Shown here in pieces: positions 31,938 to 44,446 of a stretch of 64,000 bases of DNA. This DNA comes from Utricularia gibba (lineage: Eukaryota > Plantae > Magnoliophyta). The DNA lies in assembly GCA_002189035.1 (NCBI GenBank), contig CM007991.1, positions 2,294,001-2,358,000 on the forward strand, in the 5' to 3' direction. The notes below the pieces were generated by a model. It was not told the origin of the DNA and searched no databases. It was given only the letters and a program-made list of their open reading frames with translations. The first letter of the stretch is position 1, and the number at the start of each line of letters is the position of its first letter. Made by a program: the position numbers and the translations under genes.

Positions 31938-34700
31938 ATGGCGTCTGCGAAGATTGCGAGAGACCCAGAGTCCGTTTCTTACTTGAACCAGAGAGAAGCT
32001 GCGGAAATTGATGAAATTTTGATGGGTCCTCTAGGTTTCAGCGTTGATCAGTTGATGGTTAGTCCTGTTTGTGGGTTTTTTTTTTATTCTTCTTCTTGAA
32101 AATGCCACTTTGTAGCTTCCAAACGCAGGAATTGGCCGGTTTAAGCGTCGCAAGTTCAATTGCAGAGGTAAAAGTTGGCCACAGCCCCAATTCATTTTTC
32201 GGGTTCTGGAGAAGAAACTTGATCAACTTTTCTCTGCAGGTCTACAAACAAGGTGAATATAACCGTGTTCTTGTTCTGTGTGGCCCTGGAAATAATGGTG
32301 GAGATGGTCTTGTGGCTGCTCGTCATCTGTATCACTTCGGATACAAACCATTTGTTTGTTATCCGAAACGCACTGCAAAGGCTCTGCACAGTGGGCTGGT
32401 AACTCAGGTATATGGTTAGATTAATATTTTAAATCTGTCATTTTGCCATGACTCATTTACTGACAATTTCATGCAGCTAGAATCGCTATCCATACCTTTC
32501 CTGTCGGTGGAAGAGTTGCCTGAAGATTTATCACAAAGTTTCCACATAGTAGTTGATGCCATTTTTGGATTCTCATTTCATGGTACTTTGCTTCTTTACG
32601 CCTTTTTCTGGAGCTAAGGTGTTGAATAGAGTAATATCATCTCAATGGAAAGGATTTTCGTCTTCTTCAGGCAGTCCAAGGCCTCCTTTTGATGATCTGA
32701 TTCGAAAACTGGCGTTTTTTAGCAATTATGATCAACCCACTAAGAAGTTACCCCCCATAGTCTCGGTTGACATTCCATCTGGCTGGCATGTTGAAGAAGG
32801 CAACCTCGATGGAGATGGTATCAAACCGGATATGCTGGTATCAAAGTTTGTCTATTTTTTTTCATTGTGAATTGTAGGAAGTGTTCCTTCTTCCTCCTTT
32901 CAATCCTTTGAAATGTTATGAAAATATCTTTTTGCAGATTTCCTTAACGGCTCCCAAGTTGTGTGCTAAAAAATTTTCTGGAGCTCACCATTTTCTTGGA
33001 GGCAGATTTGTTCCACCATCCATTATAGAAAAATTCAAGCTTGAGCTTCCTCCATATTTTGGAAGCTCAATGTGCGTCAGAATCGGCAAACCTCCTCGAG
33101 TTGACATATCAGCTCTACGAGAAAACTATATATCTCCTGAGTTTTCTGAAGACCAAGTTGAGACTGATCCATATTCCCAGGTACTTTTTTTTCCTTTTAG
33201 GGTGGTTTTTCTCTATAAAGCTTGTGTTCTTCACTCATGCCAAGATTGTTCTGGGCTGATATACTTCCTAATCCATTAGTTCCAAAAATGGTTTGATGAT
33301 GCCTTAGCTGCGGGTGTGAAGGAACCGAATGCAATGGCCCTTTCCACCGCCGGAAAGAATGGAAAACCGTAAGCTAAAATCTGCATTGCGCATTCTGCAA
33401 GTGCTTCTGTAGCAGATTTACCTTGAAAGTCAAGCCTTTTTTCGTGTTCAAGCAGTAGCATCAAAATGAATGCATAAACTTGTGTCGTGCAAGCTCTGTC
33501 TACATGAATAGAGAACTTAATTATTACTTCCTGCGTATTACATTGTAGCTCATCAAGAGTGGTGTTGCTGAAAGGAATCGACAAAGATGGTTTTGTCTGG
33601 TATGGTACACCCTTGTTCTTTTGGTAATTTTAATGTTATTGCCAGGAAACGTGAGCTCAAGATCCTTCCTTCCTGATCAGGTACACAAATTATTCAAGTC
33701 AAAAGGGTCAGCAACTATCTGAAAATCCTCAAGCTGCTCTTCTGTTCTACTGGGATGCTTTGAATCGTCAGGTACCAGCTTGTCAGTTTCATCCATCGTC
33801 ATTGAAGAATCATCAGGCTATACATCTTAAGCTCCGTTCATCTATCCCCTTGTCATTCATCAAGATCTCCATTCAAAACAAGATTCTAGGAGGACCCATG
33901 TTTGACTCTGAGTTGTTCACCTAGGTGAGGATTGAAGGATCTGTGGAGAAGGTCTCCGAGGAAGAATCTGAACGTTATTTTCACAGCCGTCCAAGAGGGA
34001 GCCAGATTGGGGCTATAGTCAGCAACCAGGTTCTTGTTCTGCTATACTTCGAACAAGAAGATTTTCAAAACCATGAATGTCGTTCTCTCCATAATTGCTT
34101 CTCCTTGTTTTTTCCCCCCCTGCAGAGTACTGTGATACCAGGAAGGCAAGTTCTCCTCCAAAAGCAGGAAGAGCTTGAAACCAAATACTCTGACGGGTTT
34201 GTAACATATTTGATGTTTCTCATATGGCCTAAACAATGGAAAGTGACTGTCATACTCCTCCTTTGATGCTTGTTGTGCTTGTTTGACTTGCATTTCATTT
34301 CCTTTTGTGAGAAGCTGGAACTCTTAGAGCATGATTTGTCTTAACATGCAGTAGCATAATACCGAAACCCGAACATTGGGGAGGATACAGACTCAGACCA
34401 CAAGTTTTTGAGTTTTGGCAAGGGCAACCATCACGGTTGCATGATCGGTAAGATGTGCCATTTGCGTTGCTCCACCAACTTCTCATCTCAAGCATTATTG
34501 CATCCATTTTCAGCTTTGTCTGTCAAGTTCATTTGATGTCTCGCTGCTAGAGCATTGTTCCAGTTAGGGGCTTCTAATCCGATCTCATCCCTGGCTCCAT
34601 TTTTGTGATCTGAAGTATGTTCTTGATTTGCAGCTTGCGGTACATCCCAGTAGACAGTGATGCAAATGGAGTGTGGAAAATAGAGAGATTGTCTCCGTGA
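31938..34700 (+). CDS. PDX3: Pyridoxine/pyridoxamine 5'-phosphate oxidase fused to a YjeF_N NAD(P)HX epimerase; N-terminal targeting sequence unresolved
   Basis: [27 protein letters not shown]|ELAGLSVA; [19 protein letters not shown]; [11 protein letters not shown]; [11 protein letters not shown]; [11 protein letters not shown]; [29 protein letters not shown]; ends WKIERLSP*. Confidence 0.93.
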
Positions 34701-35130
34701 CCGGCCGCTGCATGAAAAAAAACAGTTGCAGTAACCAACCTTCTTGTTTATTTAATTTGTTCTCTGTGTAAGTTCAACTGCGTCACACTGCTTTATTCCA
34801 CTGTTACTCAGAAGAATAACCTGTCTTAAAAAAATATCAATATTGCCAAGTTAATTTTTACGTACCCAAACGTGGAAAGAAAGCAGGGAGTGCTGCATTG
34901 TAACAGAACGAGTTATGAAAAGAGAGATCTTACCAAGTTTGATCATGTTTGCACCAATCAGACATGGGAAAGGTGAAACGTGATGAGTATTTTCACACTA
35001 CAAGAATGGAGGATGGAGAGGGACCTCCATCTTCTACTAAAATTGGAAGAGGACGAAGAGAAAAGTCTTTTTACAATCTGCTGCATTGAAATAATACAAG
35101 CAGAGTGTTTACAGAAAGCAAAAGGATTTT

Positions 35131-37222
35131 TCAGGATAGGTACATCTTTGTGTTCTTCCCAGCAGCTTCAGAGTACCATGATTTCCATGCTTCAACAAAA
35201 TGCGAGAAGAGATCTTTTAAGGCTGTGAATGATAACAGAATCACTAATGAACATCCAATCCACAATCAGCCGTTCTTTGAACGTGAAAGAAACCTGGAAA
35301 GTGCAAAAGTACCTTGGTTCTGATATTGTGGCCGATAAGCAGCGGCCATATTATCCCAATCAACATCCCGGTTACGGTTCTCCTCGGAAGATCCAATTTT
35401 GGAGACGTTCACAGGTGCAAAGGGACCAAACTGATAGTTCTTCGGTACAGTTGTTTTCTCATCGACCTCATTTTTTACCTGTTTTGGATTATGGGGTTTT
35501 ACAAATTGAACATCCTCTCCGTTCAACTTGTGCCTCTTCCCAATGGTATTTGTAATATCAGTTCCAAACATCCTCTTTTTGGAAACGGTTAGCTGTGAGG
35601 ACTCCGCAAACACAGTACTGCCCGTGCTTGAGTTGAAACCAAGCCATCTGAAAGCAGGCTTCCTTGTCTCAGCATGATGCGTCTGCATATGCAATCGCTT
35701 CAGAAACTGCACTATAAGATCATGGTACAATCACCTAACGAAAAATGCGCACGGAAGAATCACCTTCTCTATGAAGTTCATGGAAGACAACACATTTGCA
35801 ATATCATACAGTCTTCTAACTTTTGCTGCAGACAAATAGAAGAATAGATTTAAACCTGTGGTTTCGAGGCCCACTTCAGGAATCATGCAATGCAGAGAAG
35901 AGACTTGTCTGGTAGTCAAAATATAATTAGGTAAGTTAAACATCCAAATACGTTTCTTCACGAAAAAAATGAATCATGTAGAGAATCAGACAGAAAGAGA
36001 AGAATCACTACTTCGTGTAGTCATTGAGGTGTGCTGCCCGTTACCAAGCAGAAGCTTTGCAGCATCATCAAGAGAAATCATGTCCATCTGAGGAGGTTAC
36101 TGATACATTATCTTACGTAGAGACTAGATAAATGACATAACGTTGCGCAAGCAAAGCTGCAAACTCACATCAGTACAAAGAAAGAGCTTGATAAAATTCT
36201 GAGTGAGAAGCCCCAATGATTTTTCCTTCCGGTTTTCACCTATTCATGAAGAAGAAATAAGAACCAAACAGAACAAACTATGGAAAAGCGGCAGAAGATG
36301 AACCTTAATGGTATTTACCAGATTTTGATGGCACTGAACCTAGGCTAACAGAGCAGGACCCTGCCTTTTCATTTTGGCTTGAGCTACTAAAATCAGAACA
36401 GAACTCATCATCATCATCCGAAGCCTGATGAATACATTATACATTCATCGAAATTCTAATTCAACGCAATAGACAACTTTCATATTTTTGAATGAATATT
36501 AAAGGCTTAAAATTTTCGCATATACTTTATCATAGAATCTTGACTCGGGCACTGAGCTACCCTCTCTCAAACCCTCTTTCTGCAACGTGAGTAAAATCAA
36601 AATAAAGAATTAAAACCCTTGTAATTTTAGAAAGAACACATAAACGGAAATACAACTCTCAGGTCTTCTAAAGCCTTTGGAATCGCCCCAAAGCCCTTCC
36701 AAGAATATCGGTTTTTCGCCTTTCTTGCAAGTATCTGAAAATAATGAAAGTGGGGAATGCAAAACTTAAGCTCACTGTATAAAAAAAACAAGGCAAGTAG
36801 TCGATATGCTTACACCAACGCTCTCTAGGACATTGACAATGTCGTAGATCCGTCTCCTCTCCACCCCTGCAAACAAACAGAACAAAATACAGCGAGGAAT
36901 ATCCTTGAATCGCTACGCTAAAGCAGAAATCGCATTCAGATACCTAGCCTCGAAGCTGCATCGTCAAGCCCAATCGTCTCAACTCCCTCTCTATTGTACA
37001 AGCTCAAGAAACTTAATAAACAGCAACGACAAAAAAAATTAAGTCAATGACGCCAATTGCACACTCCCGCACCCAAATCAAACAAAACTCATTTCCCATA
37101 AACACATACTTGGAGCACAGAAGCCCGAGGGACTTTTGCTTCCGGCAATACGGCACTTCTCGACATTTAGACTCGAAAGAAACCGTCGCCGTCGACGCTG
37201 CGGTTTGAGGAGGTAAAGCCAT
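35131..37222 (-). CDS. DEL1: Atypical E2F (DP-E2F-like, two DNA-binding domains)
   Basis: DBD1 YCRKQKSLGLLCS|NFLSLYNREGVETIGLDDAASRL|GVERRRIYDIVNVLESVG; DBD2 ENRKEKSLGLLTQNFIKLF...KVRRLYDIANVLSSMNFIEK; C-terminal YRPQYQNQ|ALKDLFSHFVEAWKSWYSE. Confidence 0.92.
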
Positions 37223-37784
37223 TTTTCCGATTGACAAAGCACACACAAGCGGTAAAATTCATTCAGTGGGAGACCTCGTCAAGCAGCGCCAGTTGGCGGT
37301 GCGAGAAAAAAGCGGGGGAATTCGCGATTCTCAAGGATTTCGAATATTTTTAAAATCCGAGGAAACCGCCTTCCAGCTCAGAATGCCAGGAAAGGGTAAT
37401 TCGGTAATTACCCAATGAAATTATTTTTCGTAAAAAAGAAAATTAATTAAAAACTATTTGAGGTACATTGCATTTAAGCTGCACGTCTGATGACAAGGAT
37501 CACTGGCTCAATGTCTCTCCTACAGTAGATGCAAACTATCACAGTACACAGCCTTCAGGGGACCAGCAGGCAGCTTGAGCCATTGACGACAACCAAAGAA
37601 AGCTCCCTCCATTTGTGGCATGACTAAAAGCAAGCCCAGAGACTGAAACTGCTGCAGCTCTGCTTCTGCCTCTCACGAGTTGCCTATCAAACACACTTCT
37701 TACTGCGATGCCAACGACCAGAATGTCAGCCGGGAGTGATGAAATCATGGAGTTGGCGAAAGTTCACCTGCTGATGCGAGATGG

Positions 37785-39661
37785 TTATGGTTTTGTGTAC
37801 TCTGGTAGAGGTATAACCGGCTGTCTTAGTCTCCTGAGATGGTGAGCTATCTCGGTTAATAGCTTCATGCCCTCCTCGCCTTGTCGCATCGTCATAGCTA
37901 TGTGCTTCAAGAAGTCCCGTTCAGCTTCAATGGCTCTTACTTTCTCCCTTATCAGAGCCAGCTCTCTTGTGAGCATCCCTCGTTGTCATTTTCTGTATGA
38001 AAGTAAGAGTTGGGTGAGAATGTGCGTTGCTCCAAGATCATTTAAATGGCTGACCTCTGCTTTCATCTCCTGAAGAATGTTCTGCCCAGTCAAAGATTTT
38101 GACTGGAGGGGTGTGTAGTTTCTCTTCCAAGTCCCTTAGAAGGTCTAGAAGATGGCTTCCTTGTCTATGAAACGCAGGCGATTCGTGGTCGATACAAGAA
38201 TGCTCGTGCTCATTTTGATCTGCCCCGTTGGAGCTTCCGCTGTCACTGAGGGAGTAGAAAGCTTGAGATTTCATATCATGGTAGTACTCCTCTTCTGCAT
38301 CAACTTCACATATGTCGCTCCCGACTCTCCGGATCTCCCCAAATCGTTCTCTGTAGGCTTCTAGCTCAGCCTCCAGAGCCTTGAAATCCTCTTCCCTTTT
38401 CAAAAGTAAGTCCTTGATGACCTGCAGAGCTTCCTGATCATACTCAGCTTGCTCCTCCATCATTCTTTGGTACTGCAGAGCATCCATCTGCACTGCTGCC
38501 TTCTCCGCTTGCAGCCGAGTGATCATCGCCATCGCATTGCTGGCTGCCACTGCCGCCGCACTCCGTTCTTCATCCAGCTCCATGTGAAGGGCCATCAACG
38601 ATTTTCGGTACGAAAGCACCTGGCTCCTCAAACCATCACCATCTACCTCAGCTTCTTCATTCCCCTCAATGATGAAATCTAGCTTGCTGCCCATCGCCTT
38701 TCCGGCAGCTCTGCTGCACCTAGGACTTGAATGAGCTGAATCCGATAAAGGGATTCCGAAGAACTTGTTCCCCTTGCCGAAAATCGGTGTCCTCGAAATA
38801 TCCTCGGAGTCTGCTAACAAGGACATGGCAGCAGAGTTGGCATCATCTTTCCTCCCTATGTGATTTACCACATCAACAATTCATTCTTAAAAAAGCAATC
38901 TTTTAGCACTGCCCAGGGAACTTACCACGATTATCGACATGGTCTTCATCTTCATGAAATTCAGTATCAGCTTCTGGTATAAACTTCAGCTCTGTGTACC
39001 TGATGTGCTGCACGGCCTTGCTTCCTCCCTCCTCATTTCTAGCTGAGAAAATGTGACCTCGGGGAGAAGGAGCCGGAGTTGGAACATTTAGTGACACGCT
39101 TCGATTATATCTTGCCGAGGATCTTGATCTTATGCCTTCCCCACAGCACGAGCACCTGTGACCTCCACTCTTGTTGTCAGAAAACACATGAGGAGGATCA
39201 CCTTTCTTGAATGGCTTTTGAAGCAACCTCCTGTCATCATCGACGGAAAACTCACCATCCTTGTGCAGAATCCCAACCAGAGTCCTATACCTTCCGAAAT
39301 CCGAATCCTTTTCGGCTGCGGAGGAGAGAAGACAGCCTTGGCACATGCTCCGGATATCCGAAAGCTTCTTGTGAGCATTACAGAATGCAAGTGATGAAAT
39401 GTCCTTTTTATGGACATCACAGATGGAATCATTGTAGTAGAAACTGGGATTCCTATGAACCAGGACATGATCTATTCTGGTACATAGCAAGCAGGGGATC
39501 TTCAGCTCGAAAAACGCGGCGATCTCGTTCGAGAGAAACGACAGGAAGCCATCAACAAAAAGCAACACGATGATCAACCACTCCAGAAAAGCATATATCA
39601 GGAAATGCGGCCACTTCCCAAGCTTCTCCTCAACGAACCTCCAGAACCCCCTGGCCTGCAT
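37785..39661 (-). CDS. Myosin-binding protein (MyoB, DUF593/GTD-binding domain)
   Basis: N-terminal TM YAFLEWLIIVLLFVDG plus Cys-rich LKIPCLLCTRIDH...CNAHKKLSD; DUF593 LHMELDEERSAAAVAASNAMAMITRLQAEKAAVQMDALQYQRMMEEQAEYDQEAL; C-terminal GMKLLTEIAHHLRRLR. Confidence 0.92.
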
Positions 39662-40214
39662 TTCGGAGATCGCACGGCGGAAGAGAGGAATCGAGATATG
39701 ACAATCTTTGCGAGTGGGGAAAGATCATGACCATTGCAGGAATTCAGGCACCCTTGATCATGATCTCTCTCTCTGCCTCCTCTCTGTTTCTCCCACCCTG
39801 GATCCAAATTTGTCTGAACAAGAACAAATTTAGGCTCGGAGATTTCCAAATCTGGCTAAGAAAGTTTGACGGTGTGTCTCGATTTGGACTAGCGTCCCAA
39901 GAAGGAAGACGATGGTCGGAACTCAAATGTACCTGAATTAACGGGCATCCGCTTTTAAGGCACCCAACTAACGAACCCAACGACGTCGCATGTAGGGAAA
40001 TATTTTTCACTAAATTTATAAGAAAATAAAAAAAGAAACAACGAATGACTGGTTGGCAGAGCCGGGAACAAGGGCAGTCTACAGTACAATCATCAAGAAT
40101 ATTGAATGCAATTAAAAGGAGAAAAAAGAAAGAGAAGCGGTTTATCGGAAGTTGCAGAGTTGTCCAATCACGGAGACACAGCACACGAGCAAGAATCCAA
40201 CGCCACTTCCAAGT

Positions 40215-40843
40215 TCAGGTGACGCGTATCATGCTGCTGCCGTTGCTGTCTCTGGATTTGAAGCTGTTCGCCATTTGGGTATGATGGGCCGATGACAGGG
40301 AGAGACTCAACCCCAGGGCCGGCGATGATGAAGCCGCCGAGGCGGCGGTCTCGGTGGAAATGTCGAAAAGACTCGACCGGCGGCGACGGGGGCGCCGGCT
40401 TCCGTTGGTGCGCCGTAGGAAGTACTTTTGAGCGTGGCTAGCGACCTGCGTCGGCGTACGGGTTTTCACATAGTTCCTTGAGATCCCCCTCCAGTCCCCT
40501 TTCCCAACTTTCTCCAGTCCCACTAGGAATAGCCGGTGCTCCTCCTCCGTCCACGGAGTCCCTATACAAGCAATCTAACAGTAAGTACGAACACCCTCAA
40601 TCTCCACCAAAACAACGTAAGAAGACCCAACCCACCTCGCTTGCGGCTGCGGCTGACGGCGCAGGGCAGCGGCAAGGCGTCGTCCACGGAAGCGTAGCCG
40701 GAGGAGTCCTCGGCAGCCGGTTTTGGAATCGAACCCGGTTCGTACTCCATCAGATTGCTCATACTGACCGTCTTTCTCATTGGGTCGACCTTGACTGGAA
40801 CCCCGAACAGCATAATCTCGACGAAGCCATCCTCTTCCGACAT
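40215..40843 (-). CDS. 1R-MYB (SHAQKYF class) transcription factor; intron 40562-40635
   Basis: [15 protein letters not shown]...[10 protein letters not shown]...GYASVDD...RKR|[50 protein letters not shown]...RRSSLFDI. Confidence 0.93.
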
Positions 40844-41499
40844 AGCAGCTGAGAGTGGAGAGATAGGGTTGGGCCGGCAAGTGAAAGGCGGTGGTCACAG
40901 GCCCTTCTGCAGCCGTGGTGGCCGCTCCGTTTATAGCCTCGTGGGATAAGGGTATGTGGGTCCCGTTTTATCTTCATTTACGACGCAGAGGATTCTTCAA
41001 GAATCGAAAAAAATATTTTCCCCATCCAAAAAGCTGTTCTTCCGTACACCTTCCACGTTGACTTTTAGCCCTTGTTCGTTTTCCACCCCAAAAAATAATA
41101 AATAAATAAATAAAACATTACTTTTCCCTGATTGGCTGGATGGCAGCGAGCCCATCCATGTTCGGTGTGCAGCGTGCCACCGAATTCTTTTCTTCATTAC
41201 AAACATGAAGATTTTGCAATTAGGGCAATCCAATAATGTGGGGCCCATTACAAAAGGGCGGAGGCCTAAGGATAAGCACGTGATTAGTATGTGTGTTTGA
41301 TGGTGATTAAGAGGGAATTAAAGATGATGATCACCCAGATAACGAGAGGAGAAGAAAAGGATAAGGGCTGCTTGGTGTTCAGGGACTGCACAATATTTTG
41401 TACAGCTTTCCAAGTTATCTCCTTCCTTCTGCTGCTCCTCTTGTTTATTATTATTGTTTCTATTTAGTATAGCAACCGGATCCTTCTTGTTTGTCTTTT

Positions 41500-42240
41500 C
41501 ATTTTTTTATTCTCCTCCTCTGCCATGTCTTCCTCATCCAGCAAGTCTCCAGGTTCGTCGCCTCACCTGCACAGGGATACTTTGAACAGAGAAGGTATTC
41601 GAAGTCGAACCGGGATTTGTATGCATTGAAGGAGCAGCAGCATTTCTGTGTATACAGATGAAGAATTTAAGCATTTGATTCGTTGACAAAAACCGGTAAC
41701 AGAGCAACAGATTTGGCGTCCAATGCAGTTCATGTTCCTTTGAAGTCGTTTGAAAGACAACGAACTCGAAAGGGAGGAGCTGGTTTTCATTTGCATTCTC
41801 TGGAACATGGCGCCCGCTTGTAGCATTTCTCTGATGCTCATAGCTCCATCCTGTGAGATAATTGCCGGAATCATAGCTCCCCATCCGGCCTAAGAACACA
41901 ATCAAATGTATCTACAGCGTGAGAAGTTGATAAGTCCACAAGAGTGACAAGCTGAAATGCCGGTGATAAAAAATCCCCTGAAGTTTCTGAGTAGGTGGGA
42001 TCATCGATGGGTCTTTTGAATTCAAGAACGTGAGTTACTGACTTCCTGGTAAGTGATATGCACCCGAAATCGCTAATGGGAAGGGTCGATAATCCGGAGG
42101 CCTTGTGCCGGGATACCAGCTCGCTGTACGATTGAATGCTTTCCGTCGTCAACTACGAGAGCTTGATCCGTTTGCTCCACCAACATCCACGCCCAATTCC
42201 ACGACCTTCCCGTCTTCCGGACCCCGCGGCAGTGGTGCAT
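41500..42240 (-). pseudogene. Decayed MRS2/MGT (CorA-type Mg2+ transporter, MRS2-3-like) pseudogene fragment
   Basis: Collinear motifs in different frames: GKHSIVQRAGIPAQGLRIIDP then a stop; ITYQEV; FLNSKDPSMIP; LLPFEFV; ALDAKS; acceptor CAG|GTGAGG then DEPGDLLDEEDMAE. These match MRS2 GKHSIMRRTGLPARDLRILDP, LLNSKDPSV, LPFEFV and VRDELEHLLDDDEDMAE. Confidence 0.85.
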
Positions 42241-42623
42241 TTTTGATTGCGGCTTTCTTTCGTTTCTTCGCTTGATTCGTGACTATGGAGATTTCATGGT
42301 GAGAAAGATGGAATCTTTTGTTACACAGCCTGCGTGCGCACAGCAGTGAACAGTTGTTGTCACTCTTGATGATCTTTTCTGTACAAGGTTTCTGTTGCTT
42401 TCTGGCACTCTTGCGTTACCTTGAAATCTAATCAATGTCCAAAGCTTCAATCTTTGGAGCACATGCAACGCTAGAATTCATCCATTACCAAACACTTCAA
42501 AAATTTTGGGTTCCAGTGAACGCCTACAGAGTTTGATGCCATCATTTACAAAGCCGTTACAAAAAACCAGTCATCTCCTCCATCAAAATGAGAGAGATGC
42601 AGGGCAGGCCATCAAATTCCGAT

Positions 42624-43511
42624 TCAATGCTGAGCCATTTTGCAACGTTTGGGGAGAGGAGACGACAAAGGCCGGAGGAGATCGCAGTTCGTCGAAGCAG
42701 AACATCCGGCAGTCGACGATTCATCCCTCGATTTCCTCTTCCCGGAGCTGTGCTCCCTCTGATGAGGAGGATGTTTTTCTCTTAACATAAAGTCCCTTAG
42801 CCTAACCACATCCGAGAGCCTCACTGGCTTTACAATATACTCCTCAGCACCTTCCTCCAAACATCTTCATAATTCATACGACACACTCAGTAAGATTCCA
42901 TCTTGGAAAATTTTACAGTGAAACTTGCAGGGAAGAGAGGGGCTCAAAGTACCTGTTTACTCGGGGTTGAATGTCCTCTGAAGACATGATCACAACAGGT
43001 ATTTCTCTGAATTTCTTTGATCCCTGCAGGGGATTGCAGTTGCAGCTTGTAAGGTGATGCTAAATCAAGGAGAGGAAAATAGGCAGACAAAAGCACAAAC
43101 CTTAATCTTCTTGAGAAGATCATATCCAGTCATTTCAGGCATAGAATAGTCTGTGATTATGAGATTAACCTTCAATTCCTGCACAAAACCATCATACACT
43201 CAGCAACATAAACTCCAAAGCTGAGAAACTGTCATGTTTTCTGATCTTACATCAAACTCTACATGGCTTCTCTCCCCATCCAAGCCAAGAAACTGCAAAG
43301 CTCTACCAGCGCTCTCCACCGCTGTAACTGTAAACAGTCACAAGAAAAAAAAAAAAACCCATAAAGATACAGAAAAAGAAAGGAACACAGGTAGCCAAGA
43401 TCAATCAAAAGGGGGAGTACCTTTACAGGAGGAGACCTTCAGCAAACGCTCAATCACCTTCCTATCCACAAGACTATCATCAACAGCAAGAACATGGAAC
43501 TCTTGGGCCAT
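42624..43511 (-). CDS. Type-A cytokinin response regulator (ARR)
   Basis: [30 protein letters not shown]|[18 protein letters not shown]...[25 protein letters not shown]...[12 protein letters not shown]...[22 protein letters not shown]; short C-tail, no Myb domain. Confidence 0.94.
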
Positions 43512-44446
43512 TTTTCACGGCTCTGGTTCTGAGAGTCCACGTTCACAAAGATGGACGGTTTTAAAGGTGGGGGGGGGGGTGTTCCTACTCAAGATGAGTT
43601 GGTTAATGCGCAAAGATCACGGAGAGAGAAAGGAGAGATCGGATCCACTTCTGTTAAATGAAGTGAAAAGGAGGGAGACAGCGAAAATAAAAATCAGATC
43701 TTGGAGAGGATCCTGCTCTCAAATCTTCAGTAAGCCCCCCACTCGGAATTCTTTTCGTACTATTTTCTTTCTGAATATCCATCCCGAGATCTGCCTCGCA
43801 AACGGGATGCAGGAAAATCCAAAGGGAATCCAATCTTCAAGTAAAACAATGTGCGCGCTTCATTCACTTCATTTCATATCATGTCCTTGGGTTGACCCAT
43901 CAAAACCTTGGGGAGGGATCCTCAGATCCCGACTTCGCTTTCCCCACAAACGCAGTTTTCGTTACGTCGGCAGCCAACCCCCCATTGGATGAATGCTGAG
44001 CAGAATCTAGCTTCGGGCCCACATCCAAATCTTGACCGCCATCTTCTTCCACCCCCACCTCGTCAAACTCCACATATCTTCCCTTCCAAAATCATGAAGA
44101 AGATACTGAACACAAAGAATGTGCCTGGGAACCAGTTGTCAAAATCATAATATTCATATGATTCTGTGCTGCTGCATGGTTTACTGGTAAATCCTGAATA
44201 TATAATGTTATCAATTATTATTTATTAAATTAAATCTAAATAAAATAAGTGTAAAATATCAAAATTTTATTGGTTTTTAATAAAATAAAAAACTCCATCA
44301 AAATTTTTCTTTTTTGTAAATTATATATTAAGAGGCACGTGCGTTTTTACAGTTATCCAAGGGTATTGTTGTCCTTTCAGATGTGGGTAGACTTAGAGGC
44401 TGGATAGAACAGTAATTTCGCGGCAGCGGAGGGAGGACTGAAAAAC

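Noticed and set aside
43234-43992. 252-aa plus-strand ORF
   Set aside because: It is antisense to ARR exons 1-2 and its promoter, runs through poly-A and poly-G tracts, and has no recognisable domain.
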